DNA from: the human T2T-CHM13v2.0 reference genome, Homo sapiens
Strand: one strand, 5' to 3'
Assembly: GCF_009914755.1 (NCBI RefSeq)
Contig: NC_060947.1
DNA: 64,000 nt
The position numbers and the translations under genes are program-made. Below the pieces are notes generated by a model, which was not told the origin of the DNA, made no database searches, and worked only from the letters and a program-made list of their open reading frames with translations. Positions 1 to 13,182 of this stretch are shown in pieces (within the stretch, counting starts at the first letter, position 1; every line of letters starts with the position of its first letter).

Positions 1-94
1 TGACCAAAATGTAGAAATTATCAAAAGGTCAGCAGAACAATGCTAAATAGTGATAAAGAAGGTCTCTCTGTTAGCATAATGACCTCCAATTCCT

Positions 95-168
95 TCCATG
101 CTTTCCATTTATCTGTTGATGGACACTTAGGTTGCTTCCAAATTTTGGCTACTGTGAACAGTGCTGAC
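95..168 (-). mobile_element. Short L1 fragment (ORF2 end/3'UTR)
   Basis: atttatctgttgatggacacttaggttgcttccaaattttggctactgtgaacagtgctg is typical antisense L1 3' sequence; the minus ORF contains the AKIWKQPKCPSTD motif. Confidence 0.8.
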
Positions 169-318
169 AAGTTAGAAATGCAACCACATTTGTCTAAATT
201 GTCTTCATAAAAATATAAATTCATACTTTATAATTATTGTAGACTATTAATAATATTATTATTTAAAAATCTACTGCATACATTGTAAGTTAATTTCAGC
301 AAATTTATGATAAGTGTT

Positions 319-741
319 TGTGAGGACTTATTTTATGTGGCAACTTGACTATTTGGTAAAACACCAGTCTACATGCTCTTGTGAAGGTACTTTGTAGATG
401 AGGTTAAGATTTAAATGAGTAGACATTGAGTAAAGCAGGTTGCTCTGCAGAATGCGTGTAGGCCTCATCTAATCAGTTGATGGTCTTGATAGAAAAGACT
501 GATCCCCTCTGCACCTCCAAGAACAGGGAATTCTGCCTCCAGGACGGTCTTCAAAGTGAAGCTGCAACATCAACTCTTCCCTGGATCTCAATCCTGCAAG
601 TCTACCCTGCACAATTTGAACTTGCCAGCCCTCCACAATCAAGAGAGCCAATTACTTAAATAAATCTTCCTTTTCTTTTTTTTTCTCTTTCTCTTTCTTT
701 CTTTCTTTCTTTCTTTTTCTTTCTTTCTTTCTCTCTTTCTT

Positions 742-779
<38 letters not shown>

Positions 780-824
780 CACTCCCTATTGACTCTATTT
801 ATCTGGACAACTGTGACTAATACA
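319..824 (+). mobile_element. MLT2-family (ERVL) solo LTR
   Basis: TGTGA...CTAATACA ends; internal gtgaaggtactttgtagatg, ggcctcatctaatcagttga, gaattctgcctcc; 5-bp TSD gtgtt/gtgct. Confidence 0.8.
665..780. repeat. (TTTC)n/(TC)n microsatellite inside the MLT2 LTR
   Basis: Directly visible. Confidence 0.95.
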
Positions 825-1739
825 GTGCTTAAAAGTTAAACCATTAGTATGCACCTTATTATATCTATGAAAGGGATTGCAGCAAAAATTTTCTAGATTG
901 ACAATGCTATTTTCCATAACTGACACTGAAAATAACAAATGCTTCCAATATGTCAAGACCTGTATCCCTAATGACAATGTGATATAATGATGTCACAGAT
1001 TTTGCACTTTTTAATTGCATTTTATTCTCCGCATATGTCCTTGAGTACAGATTATTAAATATAACTAAGCAATTTTCTTCTTTAAATAACAAAAGTACTA
1101 CTTAAAAGTAAAGAGAATTTCAACTTACTGTGTTTATTCTTCCCATAGGGTGAAGCTGGCCCCAGGCATCCTATAACGTGCATTAAACAAAAAACTTCTT
1201 TATCAGTGGGAGGTTACTAAATTTCACATTCTCTCAAAGCTTCAAAAGAAAGGAAAAAGAAGGAGGAAGGATGCCCAGATTAGACATGCAAACTCTTGAA
1301 AAAAAGTCTATTTAATAAGAGTTGAAAAAGTCAGTCTTGCATTCAAAGAGGTCACACACTTATCAAACCTACCGTAAGTTTAAATGACAGCTGGTGTCAA
1401 TCATGAATTCTATTAGAAACATTTATTTTGAAGCATTACATCAAAAAGCCCAATACTATCTTAAGATAATTAGTTGTTAATTGCTCAACAATACGCATTT
1501 CAATAACAACAATAATAACTGTTAATATTTTCTTTAACATATAACTTACCAAGGCTTGGATGTAACCAATATTCACCCCTCCCTTTCAAATGTTTGATGT
1601 GGTAGATTTAGGTAAATGCATTCAGTTACACAATGGCAACCACGATGTGCGTAAAGAACATCTCTTTTACCCTAAAAAGCTCACTTATGTCCTTTTGCAG
1701 AAAGCACGCCTTCCAAGCACAGCCTCTGATAACTCTTGA

Positions 1740-2035
1740 TCTGTTTTCTGTCTCTGTATCTATATCTAAGAAGATATCTATATCTTCTCCTGTGTGGATT
1801 TATAGATAGATGGATAGATGATAGAGAGAGAGAGAGACAGACAGACAGAGATAGATAGATATGGATATGGCTGTAGTAAAGGTAAAACATATTTATATCT
1901 ATAGCTATAATATTTATCTATCCCTATGGATCTGTAGTATCTTAAAGTCATGTCTATATCAAATATCTATATTAAAGCCATATCTTTATCTCTCTATGTT
2001 ATAGATAATCTAGATATATCTATATAGATTCACAC
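1740..2035. repeat. Low-complexity TA/GATA/GA tract
   Basis: (GATA)n, (GA)n and (GACA)n at 1801-1862 with degenerate TATC flanks. Confidence 0.8.
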
Positions 2036-2094
2036 AGGATATCTTCTCAAGAATGTTGCAGAAATAGAATTATTGATAAAGAGACTTGATCAAA

Positions 2095-2635
2095 CTTTCA
2101 AATATAACGTTTTCTTTGTATCTAGCTTCTCTCACTGAGCATAATTCTTTTGAAATTCAGCCATATTGTTGTGAAATTCAGCCATCAATAGTTTGCTTTT
2201 TGTTATTACAGAGGATTGCTTTGTGTAGACAGACCTTAATGGGTTTATCCCCTAATTGGCGAGGTTTCTTTTTTGCCATTTGGCTGTTTTATATGAAGCT
2301 TTTATAAATAGCCATACACAGGCTTTAGTGTGGACTTACTTTCATTTATCTTGAGTAACTGTCTAATGCTGAAATTGCAAGGTATAAATAAGGTGTATTT
2401 GACTTTTAAAGAAATTGTTTTCTACAATGGTCCTTCCAAAAACATCAGTCTCTCATCAATCAGGTCTGAGGGTGTTTTGTACCCCAGATCCTTCAAAACC
2501 TTTGTATGTGTCTTTTGAACTTTAAATTTGAGCTATGCCATGGAGCTGGTAGTATTCCATGCTACAAAGGGTGCAGAGCATATTTTTATATGCTTTTTGA
2601 TTACTCTTATTTAATTTGTATGAGTGTGTTTTGAT
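2095..2635 (-). mobile_element. Old L1 (L1M-type) fragment
   Basis: tatctagcttctctcactgagcataattcttttgaaattcagccatattgttg and gtggacttactttcatttatcttgagtaa resemble antisense L1M 3' region. Confidence 0.6.
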
Positions 2636-2679
2636 GGGGTTCTGCAACAATTAAACACAATCAGAAAAAAGTCACATAG

Positions 2680-2938
2680 GATATCAATATATATTATATT
2701 TATCTATCTGTCTATCTATATTAAAGTCACCTCTATGTCTATGTATCTATGTTAAAGCTACACATATATAAATATATAAATATATTTGTGTATATATATG
2801 GATACATTTGTATATATGTGTGTGTATATATATATACAATCTGTATATATATATGTTGATCATATATATAACTATACAGATTGTGTATATATGTGCAGAC
2901 ATAATTTATGTATACATATATGTACACACACACAGAGA
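2680..2938. repeat. (TA)n/(TG)n low-complexity tract
   Basis: Directly visible. Confidence 0.85.
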
Positions 2939-2940
2939 CA

Positions 2941-3119
2941 ATCCTAGCCACACTAGCAGCTGATTAGATGGTGCCCATCCAGGTTGAGGGTGGTCTTCCT
3001 CTCTCGCTCCACTGACTCAAATGTCAGTCTCCTTTGGCAACACCCTCACAGACACACCCAAGAACAATACTTAGCATTCTTCAATCCAATCAAGTTGACA
3101 CTCAATATTAACCATCACA
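2941..3119 (-). mobile_element. MLT2A/B LTR 5' part
   Basis: gctgattagatggtgcccatccaggttgagggtgg...caatccaatcaagttgacactcaatattaaccatcaca is the reverse complement of the MLT2 start TGTGATGGTTAAT. Confidence 0.85.
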
Positions 3120-3338
3120 GTTAACAAACTATGGTATATATGACCATGTCTGGTTGATTACCATTTTTTTTGTAAATAATATTTTATGAAAACATAACCA
3201 TGTGCATTCATTTACATCTTTCCTGTGGTTGCTTTGCATGACTGCAATCAGTTGTGTAGCTGCAACAGAGATGCATGGCTTGCAACATTGAAAATACTTA
3301 CTACGTGCCCCTTTCCAGGGGAAAAAAGTTGACCCCTG
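3120..3338 (+). mobile_element. MER58A-like hAT-Charlie DNA transposon
   Basis: tttgtaaataatattttatgaaaacataaccatgtgcattcatttac...gcaacagagatgcatggc...aaaaagttgacccctg. Confidence 0.75.
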
Positions 3339-4036
3339 CTATATATTAAAATAGCTTATTGATTTTCATAATACACTGAGAAATTAGACCCAATTTATAA
3401 ATGTTTGACTTAGAATTCCATATTCTATCATCTAATTTGAATGCTAAGTATAGATCCATTTATTCTATGCACTACTTTTATGTCTTAGCATGTAATCAGA
3501 GGCCAAAATTTAAAGATGACACTGTGGTGAGTAATATGGTTGAAGATCCAGTTGGTCTAAAGAAAAGGAACAAATATGTTCACAGAAGTAAATGTGAAGG
3601 TTCTATTTTTAAATTTTTGAAATTTGGGGCTGTTTTCTACTTCCTGGTCTATTTTTGAAACCAGTGAAATATCTCTCTGGTTCCCTGTTAGTTATCACAC
3701 AGAACTTAAGGTAGTTTCTTCTGTAAGAAAAAAAAATGCTTGTCCTATTATTCAAGGTAAGTCCCACTATTAAGAAAAAGAACGTTTGTGTTTATCTACT
3801 TTCTCGGGATTAATAATTAACCATGCTCATAATGATTCCTATACTGTTTATTGGGTTTGATTATTTAAAAAATCCTATTGTACTTTTGAGAAGCATGTTG
3901 TATTAATTTTTCTATCACTGCAGAACAAATTTCCCCCAAAATTAGCAACTGAATCGTCAAACAGCTATCGTCTCACAGTGTGTGTGGGTCATAAATCTTG
4001 GAGTCATTTCATGGGGTGGTTTGTGGCCTTGGGTCC

Positions 4037-5059
4037 TATCGGGGGAACCCACCCCCAATATTTCAATGTAGGTTCTTTCTATTTTCCATAAGTGTCAGCT
4101 GAGAAATAAAGAGAAAGAGTACAAAGAGAGGAATTTTACAGCCGGGCTGCCAGGGGTGACATCACATATCGGTAGGACCATGATGCCCACCTGAGCCTCA
4201 AACCAGCAAGTTTTTTATTAAGGGTTTCAAAAGGGGAGGGGGCATAAGAACAGAGAGTAGGTACAAAGATCACATGCTTCAAAGGGCAAAAAGCAGAACA
4301 AAGATCACATGCTTCTGAGGGAACAAGACAAAAGGCAAAAGCAGAACTACTGATAAGGGTCTGTGTTCAGTGGTGCACGTATTGTCTTGATAAACATCTT
4401 AAACAACAGACAACAGGGATCAAGAGCAGAGAACTGGTCTGACCACAAATTTACCAGGGCAGAGGTTTTTCCCCAACCTAGTAAGCCTGAGAGTACTGCA
4501 GGAGACCAGGGCTTATCTCAGTCCTTATCTCAACTGCATAAGACAGACACTCCCAGAGCGGCCATTTATAGACCTCCCCCCAGGAATGCATTCCTTTCCC
4601 AGGATATTAATATTAATATTCCTTGCTAGGAAAAGAATTTAGTAGTATCTCTCCTACTTGCACGTCTGTTTATAGGCTCTCTGCAAGAAGAAAAATATGG
4701 CTATTTTTGCCTGACCCTGCAGGCAGTCAGACCTTGTGGTTATCTTCACTTGTTCCCTAAAAATTGCTGTTATTCTGTTCTTTTTCAAGGTGCTCTGATT
4801 TCATATTGTTCAAATACATGTTTTACAATCAATTTGTACAGTTAACACAATTATCACAGTGGTCCTGAGGTGACATACATCCTCAGCTTACGAAGATAAC
4901 AGGATTAAGAGATTAAAGTAAAGACAGGCATAAGAAATTATAAAAGTATTATTTGGGAACTGATAAATGTCCATATTAAAATGAAATCTTCACAATTCAT
5001 GTTCCTCTGCCACAGCTCCACCTGGTCCCTCCATTCAGGGTCCCTGACTTCCCACAACA
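4037..5059 (-). mobile_element. MER11C solo LTR (ERVK class), full length
   Basis: Ends tatcgggggaacccacccc and gggtccctgacttcccacaaca (reverse complement of TGTTG(C)GGGAAGTCAGGGACCC); perfect 6-bp TSD GGGTCC at 4031-4036 and 5060-5065. Confidence 0.92.
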
Positions 5060-5254
5060 GGGTCCCCCATTAAGTAAACATCAAGCTTTCAGTTATGGAT
5101 GCAGCCATGGGAAACCTGGACTGGGGTTGAGATTCTGCTGCCACGCCCAGTCACATGGCTGTTCCAACAGAAGAGGCCTCAGTTTCCAATCAAATGGGCT
5201 GCTACACAAGGCTGCTCAGGATATGGTAGCTGGCTTCCCCAGAGGGAGTGCTGA

Positions 5255-5820
5255 TGGGAGGAGATGGGAGGAGAGAAAGGATGGGGAGAGAGAGAGGGAC
5301 AGAGAGACAGAGAGAGACAAAAAGGCAGAAATAGAAGAGGGGAGAGAGGGAGGAAGAAACAGAGTGACAGAGGTAGACAGAAAAAGGGAGAGAGAAACAG
5401 AGGAAGACAGAGAGGTTGGGGAGAGAGACAGACAGAGATAGAGGGAGAGAGAGAAAAGGAGAAAGAGACACAGACAGAGACAGAGAGAGGAGGGGGGAGA
5501 GGGAAGAGATGGAGAGAGAGAGAGAGGCAGAGAGAGATGGAGAAACAGAGCCTAACAAAGAGAGAGAAAGAGAGATGGTGGGGAAGATACACAAGGAGAG
5601 AGAGGGCAAGAGAGAGACAGAGAAAGAGAGGGAGAGTGACAGAAAGGGAGAGAGAAAGAGACAGAGAGAGGAGGGGACAGAGAGAGGGAGAGAGAGATGA
5701 GAGAGAGAGAAAAAGAGAAAGGAGAGACAGAGAAAGAGAGAAAGATAGAGAGGGAAAGAGACAGACAGACACAGAGAAAAACACAGAAAGAGAGGCACAC
5801 GTACACATACAGAGAAGAGG
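5255..5820. repeat. GA-rich polypurine low-complexity tract (~565 bp)
   Basis: Near-continuous GA/GACA/GGGA units. Confidence 0.95.
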
Positions 5821-7751
5821 ACAATTGCAAGGTTTTTTATAATCCAATTTCAGAAATGCCATCTATCACATCACCTCTACCTTATTTTAGTACAGTCAGG
5901 GAGGGCTGGCTGTACAGAAGGCATGGCAAATGGTACCAGGAGGCAGGGGTCCTTGGGAACTCACCTGGAGACATGGGCTCATACAAGGGCAAGTTCATTT
6001 CCTAAAAGTGTTAGAGGCTAAGAGCATTAGGAAGTAACTTGGTGTTCTTCTCCTTCAATGATGCCAACAGGAAACTGCTGTCATAGGATAGCTATTGTAC
6101 GCTGGTGTGTCCCAATCTCCACATAAGAGATGAGAATGTCTTGCAAACTCAGCTCCCAAAGGGGCGGACACATAATTGATGGTTTTTACTACCATTCAGT
6201 AGAATTTCTATGAAGAGAACTAAATATGTAAATTGAAGAAATTAAAAATAAGGCTGATAGTATAAAAGACTAATTTGACAAGTGAATGCTGTGGTTGGGA
6301 AACCTCATTTTATTACCATTTGTCAATGTTTTGGATCAATTCAGAGATTAGTGATTTTAATCTCTTGCCAGATTCGGGTCTTGCCATAGAGGATTACAAC
6401 AGAATTGGCCATGAATCATTTTCTTACTATGAATTAGTATCCTATTTATTTAATAATAGGAATAAAGCAACAAGAAAAACAAAAATAGTGGCAATTGACA
6501 ATATACCAAGATTTTAAAGTCCATAAGTAATGTTCAATACTGCTCTGTTTTGTATACTCACAAACATGCACCTCACAATGGGGGTTGAAGTCATAAAATA
6601 ACATAATGAATATAAATTTTATATTATTTCTACCATCCATGTTCACTATTTGGGGAGAAAATGACTTTATTGAAGTTAATATTTACTTTCAAAGTTCTGT
6701 TTTCTTTTTTTTTTGTTTGCATGTTTTCATACATAACACTCTAATTTGCTTTTTTCTGCCAAGAGGTTGAGAGAAACTACAGCATTACAGCTACGATATT
6801 TTGTCTGACACCAAGGAAATTTCAATAAACTATAATGGACATAATCAAATGATTTGATAAAACATAGCATGATAGCTATGAATGTTTTCAAATTATTATA
6901 TTTTAAAATTATATTACCCAATAAAAGATATCAAGGACCACTGCTATATGCATATGTACTTGAAAACATTTCATTAATTTACTAATTACAGGTTACATTT
7001 TTCTCTTCTGTTATCTGAAAATGTTTTATGTAAAATTTATTGAAAATAATCCAGTGATTCCAACATTTAGCACAAAAATAAGATAATTTTTAAAGTAATG
7101 CTTCCTTCATAGTAACTTACATTTGCCAGCCTTGAAAATACACCTAACATATCTAGAAGTTGTTTCTTGATGAAATCTGTGAATATGACACACATTCATA
7201 CCTTTTATTTTATGTCTCATCAAAAATTAATAGTATTCATCTATCTCTGATCCTGCCACTTCTTTCTAGTATGACTTCAGTTTTGCTGGGAACTTTTATA
7301 ACAGGTAAGCAAGTGGTAACATTTTCATTCACTTTTTAACACCAATTTCAACTAAGCCACTCAAATAAACAAAGGCTTTTATTTGGAAGAATTGCTGTGG
7401 AAACATTAAACAATAGTATCCTTTTACCATCTCTTAAAAATTGTGACGTTTTCAATATCAAATAAACTGTTTTAGATATATTGTACCCATATGAACGAAA
7501 TGGCCAATGGAGGTTTTTGTTTTGTTTTGTTTTGGTTGGTTTTGGTAGAGAATTGACACTGGTGGGTGGAATTGTCCAAAGACACAAAGTCAAAGTATAC
7601 TTGGCACAAGAGGTGTTTAATAAAAGTGGTTGCATGATTTAGTTTATCAAGTGCTTAGCTTATTATGAATATTATTCCAGGTATTGTTGGAAAAATGAAA
7701 ACCATAAGCTACTTTCCTTTCTTATAAATATTTGCTATATATTTAGGAATA

Positions 7752-7950
7752 AGGTAGCAATTTTTTTCTTTAAAGAGCCAGAGAGTAAATAGTTTAGAAA
7801 TTTCAATAGATGTAATGCCCTCAACTTGGCAAGCTATTGTTCTCTCTGAAGGACTAGCTGGTAGTTTTGTTTGTTTTGTTTGTTTTACATTTTACATGTT
7901 AAAATGTCCAAACCACTCTTAGCTCACAGCCAAATTTGTCTCTCCGGCTG
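7752..7950 (-). mobile_element. MER58-like fragment
   Basis: tttttcttaaagagccagagagtaaatagtttag...aaaatgtccaaaccactcttagctcacagcc. Confidence 0.5.
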
Positions 7951-10149
7951 TTAATAACTGCTATACAAAGAGGAAGAATGCATACACACAAGAAAATTAG
8001 AATAAAGCTGAAAGTGCTTACCAGAAATAGAAATCCTTCATCCACAGTTTGAGTTGGAATTATCTGTATTCCAGTCCCACAATAGGGAAAGGAAAAACAA
8101 AGAAGAGGGCAGAAGAAGGGCTTCCTTTCTCTTTTAATTTATAGAAGGTTTCCTGCAAGCTTTTATATTGGCATTTTTCCTTTCACCCCTTTGCAACAAC
8201 TTAGCCCCCTGACCTCAGCTAGCAGCAACGCAGACCGGAGCCTGTCTCATTTTGAACTGCTGTGTTTGAACTGCCCAGCTAAGAAATCTGTTTTTGTTTG
8301 TTGGTTTGTTTGTTTCAGTTTGCAGAATGAGCGTCCATGTGACACACAAAACCCTGACTCAAAAATCATGATTTGGATGTTTATACTCGATTCTCACATC
8401 CAGATTTCTATTTGTTTGATAGTAAGTTTCTTATAATGGAGTATCACTTTTCTAATAAGTTCTTGCCACTTTTTCGTTAGAGGGAGACTGTGTTCAGCAG
8501 GTGATATTTGATAGTGGACGCTCATTTGATATCGTTCTTTGGTTTGTAGGGTTTATTTTTTATTTTTTGGTCTTAGATTTCCTTTTTCTCTCAGTGGAAC
8601 AGCATTTTCAAGGAGTCTTTTATTCCTATGACCAGCTTTTCTTGGTGTTATCTCTTTCTGCTTCTTCACTGGCCTTATCTTTTCTTTGCAAACTTGAACA
8701 AGCAAAATGCAATGTATTTTTTCTTTCCAATCCTTGCGTTCACTGCTATCTACTGTAAGCTATCATTTAAGCTATCTTTCTTTGAATGAGAGTTGAGCTT
8801 TGGCAGGGGTGCAAGAGAGAAAGCCTATCTTATTTCTTTACCGTGATTTCATTGCAGCAAGCTGAGGTCTCTTAATTTTCATAACCTCTTAAACTGTCTC
8901 GTCTGCACTTATTTTACAGGAAGCAATCTGTTCCAGATAGGAACAAGATCCTAGAGGATCATTTTTTAATGAGTGTTATGTATTCTATACTGCACCCTTT
9001 AACCAAATTTCACATAATGACTGAGGTACATTCCATGAATTCAGTTAATGTTAATTTTATTTCTTTAAGTACGAAATGGATGAGGGAAGATAGATGTTAC
9101 ATCTTATATTTAATTCCAAAAAGGCTCTAAAACCCATTATTATACATATTATTATTATTATTTACAAAATTTGGTATCCGGACTTGTGTTGTTCAATAAT
9201 AGCAATGAAAATGAAGGCCAGAATTGGAATACAGATGCAGAAAATTCCCTTCTGAATTTAACACCATGTTTCAATTACTAGATTTCTTTAACCCATTTAT
9301 GTGTTTGCAAAGAATTCCAAAAATCATAACCACTTATAATTTTATGTTTCTGTTTCTCATCTTGTTGATCAAATCCAGACTGAAACAATTTTTTTGAAAC
9401 TGCCAATCCTGTTGACATTTTGTTGGAATACTTTCTAATTCCCTTTTTATGTCGCTTGCCAATCAGGTTTAATTTCTAAAAGCCATTTAGTTCAACATAA
9501 AAAGAACTCTTTCATCTGAACAGCACGCCAACCTAACATCTTCTTCTCTCTCTTTTTTTCTTTGTTTCATCTAGAGTTTAAAGAGAAAAATTGAGCACGA
9601 TTTCTTAATATAAAAAAAAAAAAACACCCAACAGACAGACATTGGCCATGCAGCTGAGGAGAAAAGAAGGAGGTGAAAACTGTGGGGTCAAAGATGTAAT
9701 AAGACAGGAGATAATTTTTTTTCTCATTTATAAAATGGGGTTTTAGTGACATTTATCTGTCTGATAGAGACCTGAATTTCTACCCAATTTTGTTCTTCAT
9801 CCACTCAAGATGAATTCATCCTTGTTACATCACACTACAGCTAGAATCCAGGGTCTCAGGGAAATTGTGGTATCTCTTTTTCCATAACAGAGGAAATAAG
9901 ATTTGCCTTCTATGCAGTTCATTAAACTGAGGATGTTCATAAAATATCTTGGTTTCCAAGTCTGCATGTTTTTTCAAATAGCCACTGGACTTTCTAAGGA
10001 AAGGGAAACCAGGATGTCCCTCTGGGTTCAGTGTGGACCTGCTTGGAGAAGGGTAGGTGAGTTGGTATCTCCAAGAATTCTGAGCAGGTTGACTTCTTCA
10101 TCATCATCATCATCCTTGGGCATGCATGAATGCTGAACTGTGGTCTTTA

Positions 10150-12530
10150 AGAATTAATAATAGTTATTTTCATTCATGAGTAATTCGTATACAATAATAT
10201 CCAAGTTTAAAATTCACATTTAAAAATGTAGAATTTGATAGATTCTGAGAAATACGTGTATACATGTAAAAATCATCACAGCCAAGGTATAGGCCATTTC
10301 CATCAGTCAAAAATATGGTGTGGGCCCAGTGTGGTGGCTCACACCTATAATCTCAGCACCTTGGGAAGCTGATGCAGGAGGGTCACTTGGGCCCACAACA
10401 AATTGAGCCTGGACAACAAATTGAGACTCCAACTCTACAAAAAATAAAAAAGTTAGCCATGCATGGTGGCACACACTTATAGTCCCAGCTATTTGGGAGG
10501 CTGAGGTGGGAGAACTGTTTGAGCCCAGGAGATCAAGCCTGTAGTGAGCCATGATCACACCACTGCACTACAGTGTGGGTGACAGAGAAAGACCCTATCT
10601 CAAAAATAAATGAATAAATAAATATATTGTATATGTCCCATGGCTGTTGATTACCACAACTCCCTCCTAGTCTGCAACAATTCCTGAGTCCCAAGTCACT
10701 AGCTTTTGTTTGTCAAGGATCTCATATTCATGAAATGAATCATTCTCTTCTGCCTGCCTGGTATCTTTCACATAGCATAATGTTTTTGCGTGTGATCCAT
10801 ATTGGCATGGATATGAGTAGTTTGTTCTTTTTATCATTGAAGAGGATTTCTTCTTATGGATGTAGTCACTAGTTGATGGACATTTGGATTTTTTCCAGTT
10901 TCTCCTTAATATGGCTTCAACTGACCTGAACATTCATGTGCTGGTCTTTGAGTAGAAGTATATTTTTATTTATCTTGGATAAATAAATAGAAGAGGCACT
11001 GCAGTGTGATATGTCAAGTGTATATTGAACTTTACTGAAAAATGTCAAATATCTTTCCCAAAGTGGCTTCCTAATATTACATTTACAAATTGCATGTGTG
11101 AGTTCTAACTGTTCCACACTTTCACCAACACTTAATATGGTCAGTCTTTTTAATTTTAGCCACTCCAATACGTGTGTAGTGGTCACTCATTGTTTTAATT
11201 TGCTCTTCTTAATAACTAATGATATTGATTACACTTCATGTGCGTATTGGTCATTGGAATATTTTCTTGGATAAAATGTCTGGTTATATCATTTAGCCAT
11301 TTCATTTATTTTAATTGTTTTGCTTTTCTTCTTATTGTTTATTTGTAAGAGTTTTTTAAATATATATATTCTGGTAAAAAAAAAAAAACAGAACTCTTTG
11401 TCACTTTATCTGTTATTTATATTGTAAGCTTTTTCCTCCAATTTGTGGGTTAACTTACCATATCCTTAACAGTATCTTTAAAAAAAATGTTTTCTAAATC
11501 TTAATGAAATACAATCTATTATTATTTTCCTTTATGGTCCATCTTTTTTGTGTCCCACTTAGGAGATATTTTCCTAATCAAAGGTCACAAATAATTTTTC
11601 TTACAAGAAATGATAATTTCCTATAGAAAAGTTATAGTTTTTGCTCTTATATTGAAATGTTGGCATGTGTCTTTTCTGCTTCAATTATTTTTAGCCAGTG
11701 ATTCTTACTATTATCATGTAAATATTTCCTCTTATTCTGTTCATATGTGGACTTAAACTGGCATATTACTGAGTGCAACCTTATATTTCAACAATAAAGC
11801 CCACTTAACCAAAATAGATGGTCATTATTATACATTGCTGAATTCTAGTTACTAGTATTTTGTTAAGGATTTTTGCACCTATGTTCACTAGGGATATGAA
11901 GCTATAGTTTACTCATTATAATCTTTATTATTATTATACTAGCCTCTTAAAATGAGTTGGAAACCCTTTTTTTAATCTTTTCTTTCCATTTGATTTTGCA
12001 TGTACTCAGTATTATTTTCCCCAATTTTTTAAAGTTCCACCTAATAAGCCATTTCTTCCTAAAAATTTCTTTGGGGTACACTTTTTACTGCAAATTCCAT
12101 TTGTTGAATATACATAGGGCTATATAAACTATCTTTTTTTTCTTCCTGTGTGAGTTTTGTCAATGTTCCCTATTTTTTCATGTCTTTTTTCCTCAAATAG
12201 AATAGTTAGAAATGTATCAATTTTATTGAACTTTCAAAAAACCAGCTTTTGGTTTAATTGGTTTTCTCTATTGTTTAATTGCTCTTTCTCTCATTGATTT
12301 CTGTTCTTACCTTTATTATTTCTTTCCTTCCCTTTATTTTGGATTTAACTTGCTCTCATTTCACTGATTTTTGAAGTAGAAGCTCAGATCCTTTATTTGA
12401 GACCTTCCTTCTTTTTTAATATAGGTATATGGTGATGTATTTTTTCTTTCTCTTTCTGCACACCACAAATTGTAATGTTGTGTACTGTGTTCATTTTCAT
12501 TTAATTCAAAATAGATCTTAAATTACAAAT
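10150..12530 (-). mobile_element. Old L1 (L1MC/L1ME-type) fragments interrupted by an Alu
   Basis: gttgatggacatttggattttttccagttt, tttcccaaagtggcttcc, gtcagtctttttaattttagccactccaa, tttcaaaaaaccagcttttggtttaattgg. Confidence 0.75.
10323..10622 (+). mobile_element. AluJ
   Basis: Dimeric Alu with J-type gcctgtagtgagccatgatcacaccactgcac; (AAAT)n tail. Confidence 0.9.
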
Positions 12531-12671
12531 CCCATCCAAGTTCAATAATCTTTATGAGAACAATGAATAGAAAGAGAAAAACCCAAATAAAATAACTAAA
12601 GAATAAAACATTAAAAGGAAAAAAAAGTTAAAACTTTGGTGATTTTCTGCAAACCATTAGTTCCAATTCTT

Positions 12672-13182
12672 TTTATTTTTTATTTTTATGGCCACATATG
12701 ACCTAGGAATCCCACTGCTCAGTATACACCCAAAAATAAGCAAATCAGTTACTGAAGAGATAGCTGCACTCCCATGTTTGCTACAGCATGTTCACAACAG
12801 TGAAGATTTGGAAGCAACCTCAGTGTCCATCAATAGATGAATGAATAAAGAAAATGTGCTACATATACACAGGGGAGTACTATTCTGACATAAAAGAGAA
12901 TGAGATCCTGTCATTTGCAACAACATGGATGGAACTGAAGTAGATTATGTTAAGTGAAATAAGCCAGGCACAGAAAGACAAACTTCACATGTTTCGCGTA
13001 TTTGTGAAAGCTAAAAATTAAAACAATTGAAGTCATGGAGACAGAGAGTAGAAGGATGGTTAGCAGAGGCTGGGAAGGGTAATGAGGCAGTGGGGAAGTG
13101 GGGATGGTTAATAGATACAAAAATAGAATTAGAAGGAATGAATAAGATCTATTATTTGATAGCACAACAGGGCGACTACAGG
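12672..13182 (+). mobile_element. L1MA-type 3' fragment with inversion architecture
   Basis: Sense L1 at 12692-13180 (gtccatcaatagatgaatgaataaagaaaatgtggtac...gatagcacaacagggcgactaca); antisense T-tail at 12672-12690; TSD AG(T/C)TCCAATTCTT at 12659-12671 and 13183-13195. Confidence 0.85.

Larger units (their letters stand above)
3899..5985 (-). mobile_element. MLT1H-like MaLR LTR interrupted by MER11C and a GA tract
   Basis: Start tgtattaatttttctatcactgc; resumes after 5065 with gtcacatggctg...gctggcttccccagag; end taccaggaggcaggggtccttggg...cataca. Confidence 0.65.

Noticed and set aside
2151-2186. tgaaattcagccat duplicated
   Set aside because: Micro-duplication inside an old L1 fragment.
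4262-4350. Direct repeat acaaagatcacatgcttc x2
   Set aside because: Internal repeat structure expected within MER11 LTRs.
5127-6005. Longest ORFs (92-227 aa) on both strands
   Set aside because: ER- or SL-rich translations of the GA tract, which lacks stop codons by composition.
10395-10425. acaacaaattgag duplicated inside the AluJ
   Set aside because: Small local slippage event with no wider significance.
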